Shown here: positions 47,923-58,503 of the stretch, in pieces | Numbering within the stretch: position 1 is the stretch's first letter | Layout: every line of letters starts with the position of its first letter | Assembly: GCA_021772675.1 (NCBI GenBank) | Contig: JAJFLO010000068.1 | Location: 5,429 to 69,428, forward strand | Direction: 5' to 3' | DNA from: Verrucomicrobiota bacterium | Lineage (GTDB): Bacteria; Verrucomicrobiota; Lentisphaeria; JABSQK01; JAJFLO01 | Length of the DNA stretch: 64,000 nt | The notes under the pieces: generated by a model | The model's input: only the letters and a program-made list of their open reading frames with translations | Database searches by the model: none | What the model was told of the DNA's origin: nothing | Translations under genes and position numbers: made by a program

Positions 47923-49887
47923 CTAATCCACCAAACAAAGTGACGAGTTACAATCATGAATATTTGTGTTGTTTAATTCATCGATTTCGTTACTCCAGTG
48001 GCAAAGATTTGCGATAAGCCACAAATTTTTGTCGCCAGTATTTAACATTTTTTCTAGTTCAGCAGAGTTAAACAGAGATTGCGACAGACTGGAATTGAGA
48101 CAAAGATCTCTCATGTAATCAGAAAGAGAGGTTGAAAACCAAGCTGAAAAAGGCACCGGAAAGCTCATCTTTTTCCGATCTATAATCTGATCAGGGAGAA
48201 TATTTTTGAATGCATTTCTTGTAAGTCGTTTTGTTTCTAATAAATCAAACTCATCGATTTGATCAACTGTAAGTGATTGTCCCCGCTGCTTTGCTTCGTT
48301 GTTCCGCCAATCCATTTTGTAATGATCAGGTAATGAAAAGGCAAATTCCACCAAACGATGATCAGTGAATGGAACCCTGGCTTCAACAGAAGTAAGCATG
48401 GTGCTGCTATCTACTCTTGATAATAAACTTTCTAAATTGAAATTTGCATGTAAGTGTAATCGTTTATCAAACGTGGAACATGATTCCAATCGATTAAAAA
48501 ATGATTCATAAAAAGAAATCATTTCACTATCATCGTCTAATTCTGTCCAAACCTCTTCTTTGAATAACTTAAACTTATCAACCAATCCCATCCAGGAACA
48601 GGTACTTAAAAAATGATCGGTATCATTGAGGAAAAATGCCCTCCCATATTTCATGAGCATCGACATAGAAAATGGGTCAGATAAATCAACAGCATCTGAT
48701 TCCCGAGAACATCGATCATAATCAAAAGCGGAAAAATGAGGTTGGACATAGCCGCCGAAAATTTCATCGGCTCCTTCTCCCGTTAACGTTACCGTACATC
48801 TCTTCTTCAATGCTTTAGCAAGCTTAAATATTGAGATTTCATTTGGGGTTGATAGCGGTAGTCCCTTGTTCTTAATCAATGCAATCCAATTTGTTACAAA
48901 ATCATCTGATGTTATTGTTTCACTGTTCATCTCCAAGGCGAATTTATCTGTTACAAGCTTCGCATAGTGATACTCGTTTAATGTTTCATCATCTGTCCCA
49001 GCGCAAAACGTTGGTATCTTTTTGAGATAGTGGTTTGCAACGACGGCTGAAATAATTGCCGAATCCAAGCCACCACTAATAAATAATCCAAGCGGAACAT
49101 CACTCATTAATCGCATTTTTACCGAATCGTCAATCAATGCATGACATTGTTCAACTGCTGTATCAAACGAAAGATTCAATTTTTCCTCATCTGGAATTAC
49201 GGGAATTTGCCAGTAGCTCTTTGAGGATACATTCCAGGAGTTATAGTTAATCGATCTATAAGTTCCTGGTTTTAGTGTGTATACATCATTAACAAGTGTA
49301 GTTTCCCCCAAACAAGTTCGACCAGTTGTCAGGTAATGCGACATGGCAGACAAATTATAAGAGCACTGTGTTTCAGACAGTAGGGCCACTGCAGGAATCG
49401 TCGAAGCAAAGCACATTCTGTTTTTACTTTGAGTAAAATATAGTGGTTTAATTCCCATACGATCTCTTGCCAGATGCAAAACTTCTTTTCTAGGATCGAC
49501 TAAACCTATAGCAAAGAAACCGTTAAAATACTCGAAACAATTTAATCCCCAGTGCAGATATGCTTTTAGGACAACTTCAGTGTCACAGTTTGTAAAAAAC
49601 TGGTATCCATATTTTTTTAGTCGTTCCCTCAGATTGATATAATTATAAATTTCTCCATTATAGGTTAACGCACAACCTGAATCACCATCCACCATAGGCT
49701 GACTACCCGATTCAATATCTATAATAGCCAGTCTTGTATGACCAAAAACCCAGTGAGAACCTTGGCATGTCCCCTGCGCGTTAGGTCCTCTGTTGTGGAG
49801 AATTTTCAATGATTTATTGATTAAATCATTATTCTTATGACGGAGATTTTCATCGGGCGTACTTATGATACCGGCGATTCCACACAT
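47923..49887 (-). CDS. asnB: Asparagine synthase (glutamine-hydrolysing) / AsnB-like amidotransferase
   Basis: MCGIAG Ntn start, HTRLAIID, YNGEIYN, SGGLDS, LTGEGADEIFGGY, EARVPF. Confidence 0.93.
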   Translation of the reverse strand: MCGIAGIISTPDENLRHKNNDLINKSLKILHNRGPNAQGTCQGSHWVFGHTRLAIIDIESGSQPMVDGDSGCALTYNGEIYNYINLRERLKKYGYQFFTNCDTEVVLKAYLHWGLNCFEYFNGFFAIGLVDPRKEVLHLARDRMGIKPLYFTQSKNRMCFASTIPAVALLSETQCSYNLSAMSHYLTTGRTCLGETTLVNDVYTLKPGTYRSINYNSWNVSSKSYWQIPVIPDEEKLNLSFDTAVEQCHALIDDSVKMRLMSDVPLGLFISGGLDSAIISAVVANHYLKKIPTFCAGTDDETLNEYHYAKLVTDKFALEMNSETITSDDFVTNWIALIKNKGLPLSTPNEISIFKLAKALKKRCTVTLTGEGADEIFGGYVQPHFSAFDYDRCSRESDAVDLSDPFSMSMLMKYGRAFFLNDTDHFLSTCSWMGLVDKFKLFKEEVWTELDDDSEMISFYESFFNRLESCSTFDKRLHLHANFNLESLLSRVDSSTMLTSVEARVPFTDHRLVEFAFSLPDHYKMDWRNNEAKQRGQSLTVDQIDEFDLLETKRLTRNAFKNILPDQIIDRKKMSFPVPFSAWFSTSLSDYMRDLCLNSSLSQSLFNSAELEKMLNTGDKNLWLIANLCHWSNEIDELNNTNIHDCNSSLCLVD

Positions 49888-49924
49888 ATAATTTATCCCT
49901 TTAGGTAATTGACAATAAAATTTT

Positions 49925-49940
49925 CGCAATTCCGATGCCA
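49925..49940 (-). promoter_or_regulatory. Sigma-54 (-24/-12) promoter for asnB
   Basis: Minus strand TGGCATCGGAATTGCG matches TGGCAC-N5-TTGC with exact spacing, 38 bp upstream of asnB start. Confidence 0.7.
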
Positions 49941-49947
49941 GGCAAAA

Positions 49948-50637
49948 ATGAAAAATAGTACAGATCAAAAATCATGGGAAGGTAATAACTTTTTCAATCA
50001 CCTCTTATTTTATCTAATCTCGTTTGGTTTTTTTATTAATGCATATGTAATGGCAACGGGAAGGGATTCAATTATATTTTATTTTTGTTTTTCGACGATT
50101 TGGTTAGTTTGTGCAGCAATAAATGATGTTTTCCTTAAGAATAAATTTAAGTCATTTATGGCTACCGTCATAATCATGGCGAACACGTTTATCATTCCTT
50201 TCTCATTATACTCGTATGGATGTACAGTTGGTATGGCAGCGTTGGGAAGTATACTTTACATTATTGTAACAATCGCCCTGTCTCCACTATACGTAAATAT
50301 CGCCGCAGCTTCTGCAGGGATATATTTTTCGTTCATTCAAAAAAGGTATTATGTTCAGGATGATTACAATTCTGCTAATTTCTTTTACATAATGGCTGCT
50401 TATATCAGCCTAATATTTATTGCACTTTGTTGGCGTTTCCTAATACAAAAACTTTATGTACTCATAAATAATGCAATCAATTCTGTTCAGAATTTTCAAC
50501 CTGATGAGGTATCAATTGCGAAAAAGCAGTATAACGATTTAATGAATAATCAACGATTGCTAAAAGAAGAAATTGCTTTGCACATCACTGAATTGAACGA
50601 TATAACCGGGCATCAAAGAAATTTAGCTGATCAATGA
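49948..50637 (+). CDS. Multipass membrane protein with C-terminal coiled coil (possible sensor)
   Basis: Six to seven TM helices; stop overlaps next start (ATGA). Confidence 0.65.
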   Translation: MKNSTDQKSWEGNNFFNHLLFYLISFGFFINAYVMATGRDSIIFYFCFSTIWLVCAAINDVFLKNKFKSFMATVIIMANTFIIPFSLYSYGCTVGMAALGSILYIIVTIALSPLYVNIAAASAGIYFSFIQKRYYVQDDYNSANFFYIMAAYISLIFIALCWRFLIQKLYVLINNAINSVQNFQPDEVSIAKKQYNDLMNNQRLLKEEIALHITELNDITGHQRNLADQ

Positions 50638-51323
50638 ACACAGACGGTGCGAAAGATAAACCTAATTTATTAGTAAATCATCATAGAATGAATAAAATCA
50701 TTCGGCATAAGCTAAGGAACTTGTGCGCGGGCGTAAAAATGGCCATTGATCGAATCGCCGAGCAAACGATCGAAATTAATCCCAAAATTAGCGAACGATG
50801 TTCGATCATAACTTCAGAATTAGATAATCTTGAAAATTTCTCCGTAAGAATGGATCTATTATTTGACAGTCTCCCCCCGCCTGATTGTTTATCATTATTT
50901 GAAATAATTTCTTTATCACGTAATTTCTTTATCCAAAGGTTTCCATTTTGCACATTATCCATAAATGGAAACCAAGATGATATAAAATTTATACATGGCT
51001 CGTGGCTCTTAACTGCTATCAAAGAGTTATTAATAAATGCAGGCGAAGCAAATGAAATTGATGGAGAAGTAAAACTATCCTGGGATTTTGAAAATGAACA
51101 ATCAATTCGCTTAGAAAATTGTGGTGATTCTATACCGGATGAAATTCCTTTAAATCCACCGCAACCATTTTTCACATTGAAAAGCAGGCATGACGGCCTT
51201 GGCTTGGCAATTGCAGACAGAATTTGCCAAGAAATTGATAGCGAATTAAGCATTAAACCCGTCCCTTCTAATTCCGTGAATGTAATGTTAAAATTGCCAA
51301 TAAAAGAAGTTATATATGGATAA
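50634..51323 (+). CDS. Sensor-less histidine kinase-like protein (HisKA/HATPase)
   Basis: IRHKLRNL H-box, ELLINAGEA N-box, PFFTLK F-box, DGLGLAI G2-box. Confidence 0.75.
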   Translation: MNTDGAKDKPNLLVNHHRMNKIIRHKLRNLCAGVKMAIDRIAEQTIEINPKISERCSIITSELDNLENFSVRMDLLFDSLPPPDCLSLFEIISLSRNFFIQRFPFCTLSINGNQDDIKFIHGSWLLTAIKELLINAGEANEIDGEVKLSWDFENEQSIRLENCGDSIPDEIPLNPPQPFFTLKSRHDGLGLAIADRICQEIDSELSIKPVPSNSVNVMLKLPIKEVIYG

Positions 51324-52701
51324 ATTTTCAGTATTAATTGTAGAAGACAATCTTCTGGTAAGTACCACGGTACAGGATATTTTAACTGATGAAGGTTACA
51401 GGGTTGAATGTGCTGAAACTGGAAAATCCGCACAGAAAATTTTGTCAAAAAATGAATTTAATATTGTTATTCTCGACATGATGCTACCAGACATTGACGG
51501 CCGAAGCTTACTGACAAAATGGCATAAAGCATACCCAAATATCGTCATTATAATTATGACGGCATACGGAGATGTAAGTACAGCCGTAGATTGCCTTAAA
51601 TCTGGAGCCTATGACTTCCTGACAAAACCGGTGGATAAAACATTTCTCTTAAAAACGTTAAGCAATTGCATCGATCACTTAAATTTATCAAAAAAGGTAA
51701 ATGTTCTTACACAACTAACAAAAAGAGAAACTGACACGGTAGTGATGGGAGAAATTATAGGCAAATCACCCATACTTAATAAAACGATTGATATGGCAAA
51801 ATTGATAGCACAAAGTGATTTTTCCTGTTTATTCATTAAGGGGGAAAGTGGTACGGGGAAAGGTTTATTCGCCAAAACAATACATAAGATGGGAAAACGT
51901 TCTGGTAAACCATTTGTCGAATTAAACTGCTCAGCTCTACCTGCTAACTTAATAGAAAGCGAACTGTTTGGTCATAAAAGAGGTGCATTTACAGATGCGA
52001 AAGAAGATAAAATTGGACTGTTAGAATTGGCGCATACCGGGACGCTATTCTTAGATGAAATTGGTGATATGGACGTTACGTTGCAAGTCAAACTTTTAAA
52101 GGCCATAGAGGAACAGATATTTCGGAAAATAGGAGGTACTGTCGATGTCACGGTTGATATTAGCATTATCGCTGCAACCAATCAAAACGTTGAAAAACTC
52201 GTTGCAGATGGGAAGTTCCGCGCAGACTTATATTATCGATTAAATGTGGTTCCAATTGAAATTCCACCGTTAAGAGATCGAATCGAGGACATTCCAAGTT
52301 TATCGGATCATTATGTAAACGTATTTTCTCGTAAATTTGGAAAAAACATAGAGGGATTCACAAAAACAGCCAAAGAAGCAATCTCTAATTATTCGTGGCC
52401 TGGCAACGTTAGAGAATTTAGGAATGTTGTGGAAAGAGGCTGTATTTTATCTAAGAATAGTTTGATTGGTAATGACGAATTATTATTTCCCGACATTATC
52501 GGTCAGGAATCAAATAATAGTGACATAAATGATAATTTGCCAGCCATGCCTTTAGCGAAAGCTGAAAATCTGATAATTAAAGCAGCGATGACTAAAGCTA
52601 AAGGGAATAAAAATAAGGCAGCACGGATTCTCGGAGTCCATAGAACAACTCTATACAAAAAGCTTGAAGAATATTCGATATCTGTTACAGACTTTATTTA
52701 A
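51316..52701 (+). CDS. Sigma-54-dependent response regulator (NtrC family)
   Basis: REC domain, GESGTGKG, ESELFGHKRGAFTDA, WPGNVRE, Fis HTH. Confidence 0.95.
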   Translation: MDKFSVLIVEDNLLVSTTVQDILTDEGYRVECAETGKSAQKILSKNEFNIVILDMMLPDIDGRSLLTKWHKAYPNIVIIIMTAYGDVSTAVDCLKSGAYDFLTKPVDKTFLLKTLSNCIDHLNLSKKVNVLTQLTKRETDTVVMGEIIGKSPILNKTIDMAKLIAQSDFSCLFIKGESGTGKGLFAKTIHKMGKRSGKPFVELNCSALPANLIESELFGHKRGAFTDAKEDKIGLLELAHTGTLFLDEIGDMDVTLQVKLLKAIEEQIFRKIGGTVDVTVDISIIAATNQNVEKLVADGKFRADLYYRLNVVPIEIPPLRDRIEDIPSLSDHYVNVFSRKFGKNIEGFTKTAKEAISNYSWPGNVREFRNVVERGCILSKNSLIGNDELLFPDIIGQESNNSDINDNLPAMPLAKAENLIIKAAMTKAKGNKNKAARILGVHRTTLYKKLEEYSISVTDFI

Positions 52702-54578
52702 TCAAACGCATCATGAATTAAACGTGCCAGTGATTCTATTTTAAACGGCTTTGGCAAAAATGCAAAAGCACCTTTGTTGATGATCCATTGACTATCCATT
52801 CCTCCCGGGAAAGCACTGATTACAATAATAGGAAGTTTGGGCTTTTTTGATAGGAAATAATCCAGAAGATCATCGCCTCGGATTCCAGGAAGAACAAAAT
52901 CCTGAATAATCAAGTCAATCTTATTTATATGTTCCATAAAAATGTCACGCCCATCGACACCATTATCGACTGATAAAACGTCGAATCCAAAAGACTTTAA
53001 CCACGCTGTAATCCCACTGTTTATTAGAGGTTCGTCTTCGATTAATAGAACTGTTTTGATTTGTTCAAACCTGAAAGGCTTAATTTTTAATAATGGACTT
53101 TGGGGTTTAGAGTTGCTGCTTTTTTCCTGGTTTCCAGATTGACTCAATGTTTTGAGTTGAATTTCAAATGTGGTGCCATGGTTCTTTTTACTTTCTACGG
53201 TAATTTTACCACCTAATGTTTTGACAGATTCATTAACCATCCAAAGTCCAAGACCAGTTCCTTTTTCTTTTGTTGAAAAATAGGCGTTAAAAATTGATTT
53301 AATCTGGTCTTCGGATAAACCACAGCCGTCATCTTTAACACGTACAACGACATATTCGTCAGTTTCATTATCTTTGTTACTCGTTCCTTTTCCGTCTATT
53401 TTATAACATTGAATCGTGACTTTACTACCTTGCGCAACCATAGCATCCCGGGCATTAATACATAGGTTGAGAATCATATCTTGTAATATGCTTCTAACAC
53501 CCAAAATCGGAGGCAATGAAGGTTCTATGATTAGGCTAAATGTAATATGAGGAGAAATAATGTGATTAATTAGATCATCCAGTTCCAAAAGTAAATCACC
53601 CAGATTAATTTCCTCTATTAAAGTATTATTACGTTTTCCACCAATTAATCTTAATACATTTGTCAATAGCGAGGCCGCTTGGTTTGTATACGATATTGTT
53701 TTGCTTAATGCATTTGTAATATTTCCAGGTGCCTCGGGTCGGGTCACACACCATTCCACAATATTTTGAATACCAGCTAACAGATTTTTAAAATCATGAA
53801 TCATTCCTTCCACAAGCTTCACTGTTAAGGATTGTTGTTCGATTTGTTTTATTTCGCTAATTGAAAAATCCTTTTTGACTATACACCCCGATATCACAGG
53901 CCATTTGTCATCAAGTTTTATAGCCCCCAGATAGTCATCAACTTGAACAGACCCTCCATATAATTTTTTAATCCGATATGATATTTTATAATGACCCCCA
54001 TTTTTGATACAACTATCCAAAATCTCATCGTAAGAAGCGAGATCCTGTTTCAAGATAATTGAACGCCAATCAAAAAATTTTAGATTATCTTCTGGTGAAA
54101 TGATCGACATTTCTATAAGTCGATTTATATCTGAAAAAATTCGTTTGTTCTGCATTAAATCATGTAAATAACACAAGCTGAATTCAGAATGATCTACACC
54201 TTCGTATGTAATTGATCTTAAACTTGTCTTCTTTTGATTTTGAATTGATCTTCGATCGGGTAGCCTAGTAAAAATACCAAATTCCGCAGAAATCAGAAAT
54301 AACTTAAAACCCGCATCCGATTTTTTACGTTCATACAAAACAATTTTGTTTCCATCTTGACTAATAAAGTAATAAATTTTTGAAGGATTAAATCCCTTAG
54401 CAGTTTCAAATTCAACTCGGATTGGCTTATGTGATTCAAAATTAAAAAATCTTCGCGCTTCCTTATTTAAGGACAGAATTAAATTATGCGCAAAGTCAAT
54501 TATCAATGCTGGTTTATTTAATTCTTCGACCAATAATGTTAATTGATTTCCCGCAAGAGAATTTTTTGAGGTTTCCAT
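52698..54578 (-). CDS. Hybrid histidine kinase (PAS-like, HisKA, HATPase, REC)
   Basis: IHDFKNLL, NLCINARDAM, DDGCG, FSTK..GTGLGL, C-terminal receiver. Confidence 0.9.
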   Translation of the reverse strand: METSKNSLAGNQLTLLVEELNKPALIIDFAHNLILSLNKEARRFFNFESHKPIRVEFETAKGFNPSKIYYFISQDGNKIVLYERKKSDAGFKLFLISAEFGIFTRLPDRRSIQNQKKTSLRSITYEGVDHSEFSLCYLHDLMQNKRIFSDINRLIEMSIISPEDNLKFFDWRSIILKQDLASYDEILDSCIKNGGHYKISYRIKKLYGGSVQVDDYLGAIKLDDKWPVISGCIVKKDFSISEIKQIEQQSLTVKLVEGMIHDFKNLLAGIQNIVEWCVTRPEAPGNITNALSKTISYTNQAASLLTNVLRLIGGKRNNTLIEEINLGDLLLELDDLINHIISPHITFSLIIEPSLPPILGVRSILQDMILNLCINARDAMVAQGSKVTIQCYKIDGKGTSNKDNETDEYVVVRVKDDGCGLSEDQIKSIFNAYFSTKEKGTGLGLWMVNESVKTLGGKITVESKKNHGTTFEIQLKTLSQSGNQEKSSNSKPQSPLLKIKPFRFEQIKTVLLIEDEPLINSGITAWLKSFGFDVLSVDNGVDGRDIFMEHINKIDLIIQDFVLPGIRGDDLLDYFLSKKPKLPIIVISAFPGGMDSQWIINKGAFAFLPKPFKIESLARLIHDAFD

Positions 54579-54848
54579 AATAAAATTCTTTTAGATAAAT
54601 GTGATCAATTTTTTACTGTAAACTAGGTTTTTCTACCTAACTCAACATCTTATAATCTACTGTATTATTGAATTAAGTTTAAAATTTGAAAATAAACTGT
54701 CGATATATATTACAGAACTTGGCCCATTTTTAAATAGAACCCATTCGAATTAACGTCGCACATCATGTGTGAGCTATTCAAAATGGACACTAAATAGTAA
54801 TCTCAATATTTTATTGTCCACTAATACAATTCTAACGTAAAAATTACT

Positions 54849-56108
54849 ATGCCTTCAACTAGAACGTCCATTAATAAAGTGCTAATTATCGACGATGAAG
54901 TTAGTATTCGTCTTTTAGTAAAAGAAATACTTGAAGATAAAAACAGTATTCAGGTGTTAGAAGCGGCAAACGGAGAAGAAGCATTAACGATAGTTGAAAA
55001 CCACGATTTGAAATTAATCATTACCGATATGGCAATGCCTAAACTTTCTGGATATGATTTACTGATTGAAATCAAGAAACGGAATATAGACGTTCCAGTC
55101 ATAGTTATAACAGGTGAGCAAATCGTTGAAATGGCTGTAGAATGTATAAAGTTAGGGGCTGTAGATTACATCACTAAACCGTTTGATATAGTTAATTTCG
55201 AAAATTTAATTTGCAACATTCTTACCAAAGAAAACTCTTCGAATAAGATCCAATACGATGACGGTATTCCAAAAAATCAGAATCGAACACTTGGCGACTA
55301 TCGAATTATCCAGGTAATTGGTGAAGGAAATATGGGCATCGTATTTTTAGCAGAAAAAATGATACGCGGTATACCACATCAATTTGCTCTAAAGATATTA
55401 AAATTAAGCCAAGGAAATGAGAAGCTAAAAGAGCTGTGCAAAGAACGATTTATACATGAAGCAAAAGCTGCCGCAAGCATAAGACATAAAAATATTGTCA
55501 AGATTATTGAGTACGGTATTTCGACAGAGGAGAATATCCCGTATATCGTGATGGAATATATTAAAGGGAGATCTCTAAAACATTTTTTAAGTGATAATAC
55601 CTTAACTTATAAAGAAAAAATTTTAATAATTCGCCAAATTAGCGAAGCTCTCGCAGCCATTCATGAATGCCAGATATGCCATCGTGACATTAAACCTGAC
55701 AATATTATAATTGACTGCAATTTGAATGTTATTGTTACTGACTTTGGCATTGCAAGGTTACCCGACTCTGATTTAACTATGACTAATGATATAATGGGTT
55801 CACCTGCGTATATTTCACCTGAAGCGTTTGTATCAGCAAAAGTCGATTATCGATCAGACATATTCTCATTAGGATCTGTATCTTACGAACTACTGGTAGG
55901 AGAACGGGCTTTCAGAGCAAATAATTTATTTGGGTTTTGTCAATGTATCCGCAAAAAAGAACCAATGGACCCGAGAAATGTAAAAAAAGACTTTCCTGAA
56001 TTCTTAACCTATATCCTAAAAAAGATGATGAAAAAAAGGCCGTGTGATCGCTATTCTTCGGCAATTGCCATTATTAATGATCTAGATCAATATTTGACAG
56101 CGTGCTGA
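54849..56108 (+). CDS. Receiver-domain / Hanks-type Ser/Thr kinase fusion
   Basis: IIDDE, ITDMAMP, YITKP; IGEGNMGIV, ALK, HRDIKPDN, DFG, YISPE. Confidence 0.92.
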   Translation: MPSTRTSINKVLIIDDEVSIRLLVKEILEDKNSIQVLEAANGEEALTIVENHDLKLIITDMAMPKLSGYDLLIEIKKRNIDVPVIVITGEQIVEMAVECIKLGAVDYITKPFDIVNFENLICNILTKENSSNKIQYDDGIPKNQNRTLGDYRIIQVIGEGNMGIVFLAEKMIRGIPHQFALKILKLSQGNEKLKELCKERFIHEAKAAASIRHKNIVKIIEYGISTEENIPYIVMEYIKGRSLKHFLSDNTLTYKEKILIIRQISEALAAIHECQICHRDIKPDNIIIDCNLNVIVTDFGIARLPDSDLTMTNDIMGSPAYISPEAFVSAKVDYRSDIFSLGSVSYELLVGERAFRANNLFGFCQCIRKKEPMDPRNVKKDFPEFLTYILKKMMKKRPCDRYSSAIAIINDLDQYLTAC

Positions 56109-56203
56109 ATCGAGAAATAAGCATTAATGAACGACCTCAGTACAAGCCTACGAAGAATTAAATCGAAATGCAGCAAACAGGGGGTATTAAACCCTCAATC
56201 CAA

Positions 56204-57088
56204 TTAAAATAAATTTTTAAATTTCGACCACATATTTGACGAATCAGGTCCAGTATTGTCCACCTGCTCTATCATCAATTTCAATTCTCTAGATACCTGC
56301 AAAATTGTTTCAAATTTCGCCTCATCATCCTTGGCAAGCAACTTCAACAACAATGTGCTTAGATCCCGAGAAATCATTTTATTAAATTCTCTCGGTGGAA
56401 TCGGTGTTGATTCCGTAATCAATTTTATCATTTTTTGGATATTAGTACCCGGGTCAAGGCGGTAAGGAAGTTCGTATGTTAACATTTCATATAACAAAAC
56501 TCCAAAACTGTAGATATCGGAACTTTGAGAAATGTACATTCCTTTTGCCTGTTCAGGAGACATATATTTTGGAGTGCCGATAAGCGATTGACCAAACTTC
56601 AATGAATTACTTGGGCCTGAAGTAACAGATCCAAAATCATTTAAAATGGCTTCATTATTTTCATTTATCAGCACGTTTCCGGGCTTTAAATCGCCGTGGA
56701 CAATATTAGAGTTATGCGCGTGAGATAGTGCCTCTGCTATATCTAGGCTAAGAAGCAAAGCGGAATTTATATCAAAATATTTTTGAGAAATTAGATTTTC
56801 TAAAGTCCCTGGTCCTCTTATCAACGTCATAGCGATAAAATACGCATCATCTGATTTTCCAAATTCCAAAATGTGAGTGATTTTGGGGTGTGCTGGCATT
56901 TTAATTGCAACTTCTGCATTTTCTAAAATATGTTCAAGGACTCTATTTTCTATAAATGGAGATTCCCTCATAACTTTTAGAGCAATTTCTTGCTCATTGG
57001 AATCCGTTGCTAAGTAAACAGAACTGATACTACCCTTTCCGATCAAATGCTTTAGTTTATAATTACCAATTGTTTTTTCTTCATTCAT
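56204..57088 (-). CDS. Soluble Ser/Thr protein kinase (non-RD)
   Basis: IGKGSISSV, ALK, HGDLKPGN, DFG, GTPKYMSPEQ. Confidence 0.9.
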   Translation of the reverse strand: MNEEKTIGNYKLKHLIGKGSISSVYLATDSNEQEIALKVMRESPFIENRVLEHILENAEVAIKMPAHPKITHILEFGKSDDAYFIAMTLIRGPGTLENLISQKYFDINSALLLSLDIAEALSHAHNSNIVHGDLKPGNVLINENNEAILNDFGSVTSGPSNSLKFGQSLIGTPKYMSPEQAKGMYISQSSDIYSFGVLLYEMLTYELPYRLDPGTNIQKMIKLITESTPIPPREFNKMISRDLSTLLLKLLAKDDEAKFETILQVSRELKLMIEQVDNTGPDSSNMWSKFKNLF

Positions 57089-57115
57089 TTAGGCTTTGGA
57101 TCGTTAATATAAGTT

Positions 57116-58159
57116 TTAGCTAATTGGTGGCCAAGGTTCAATTTCATCACGTTTTATATACAAGAGATCCGCTATCGTTTTTATCTCACTTTTGGCTAAC
57201 GCTGGGTATATAGGTATTGATAGGATATGGTCGTATGCCCAATTTGTAGTAGAAAATTTAGTATCGTCCAAGTTTAACAATTTTGATATAGGTTTGTATA
57301 CCGGTCTTTTAGTTTCTACTCCTGCATGTTTAAAAAAACTAATTGCATCGCCAATATTGGGAACTTTGATTAAAAACCGTGAATATATACTATTTGCAAT
57401 TTTTTTGTTACCAGTGAGGGCAAAATTAAATCGTTCTGCAATCTTTATTCGTTGCTCAATAAATTTATCCAGTTGATTAATTTGACTGATTCCTAGTGCT
57501 GCATTAAAATCTGACATTAAAAAATGATAATGAGCATCCCATTTATCCTGTTTGTCGTGGGTTAAAAGATGAATAGCCCGATCATAATCACTTTCCTCAT
57601 CTCCCAATATCATACCGCCATGACCTGTTGTTAAAAGCTTTGTTCCGTAAAACGAGCAAACAGTAAATTTCCCCATACAACCAACCCGTTTTGATCCAAT
57701 GTTTGCGTTGAGTGTTTGAGCACAATCTTCGATAATCGTTACGTTTTTTTGATCTTCGATATTGACCGGAATCCCGAATAAATGAGGGACAATTATAGTT
57801 GCCACTATTTCCCTAATGACTGAGATAGATTCGTGGCCTATCGATAGAGTTCTTCTATCAATATCGAATGGAAATGGCAAAGCCCCAATTATTGAAAGCG
57901 CATCAAGTGGAGCACTGCACATATAGGAAGGCAAGCCAACCCTATCCCCCGTTTTTACTCCAGCCAGAAGCAATGCTGTAACAATGGCATCTGTACCACT
58001 TTGAGTCGCGATGCCCCATTGTTTTCCTGTTTTAAGCGCCACTAACTTGGAAAACTCTTTTGCTTTTGCACCATTCGTAACAAAGCCTGACTTTAAAACT
58101 TGAAGTACAGACTCGTCATCAACTCGATTAAAAAAAGGTTTTGAATGACTTATATTCAT
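57116..58159 (-). CDS. DegT/DnrJ/EryC1/StrS sugar aminotransferase
   Basis: SGTDA, IIEDCAQ, SFYGTKLLTTGHGGM, LSIPIYP. Confidence 0.9.
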   Translation of the reverse strand: MNISHSKPFFNRVDDESVLQVLKSGFVTNGAKAKEFSKLVALKTGKQWGIATQSGTDAIVTALLLAGVKTGDRVGLPSYMCSAPLDALSIIGALPFPFDIDRRTLSIGHESISVIREIVATIIVPHLFGIPVNIEDQKNVTIIEDCAQTLNANIGSKRVGCMGKFTVCSFYGTKLLTTGHGGMILGDEESDYDRAIHLLTHDKQDKWDAHYHFLMSDFNAALGISQINQLDKFIEQRIKIAERFNFALTGNKKIANSIYSRFLIKVPNIGDAISFFKHAGVETKRPVYKPISKLLNLDDTKFSTTNWAYDHILSIPIYPALAKSEIKTIADLLYIKRDEIEPWPPIS

Positions 58160-58503
58160 TTTTAGAGAAGAAAAAAAAGAATTCCAAAACAGCCTGATTC
58201 TTAATTAATTTATAAATTGCGATAGAAAAATTACACTTTTCTTGTATATTACCATTTCAATTTCAGTTATTTACGATATAAAACAAGTGTTTACTTAAAT
58301 ATAGAACCAAGGAATCGTAACGTCTTCATACGACGAAATTATATATAGGTAATAATTTTACAATTGATGGTCACCTTGTAAGCTAACTCAATTTTTAAAA
58401 TCGCAAAGATTTTTAAATATTTTTTATGAGCAGGTTTCTTAATCCCTTCAATAACTACCCCAGACTTAAATTGACACTAATTAACCATTCTAAATAATCG
58501 CAT

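Noticed and set aside
50681-51448. 255 aa antisense ORF and the many other shadow ORFs opposite long genes
   Set aside because: Fully overlap well-supported genes on the other strand or frame, with no motifs
58471-58503. Sigma-70 promoter (TTGACA...AATAAT) giving a leaderless wzc transcript
   Set aside because: The -10 box is imperfect with 16-bp spacing in very AT-rich DNA; cannot be distinguished from chance
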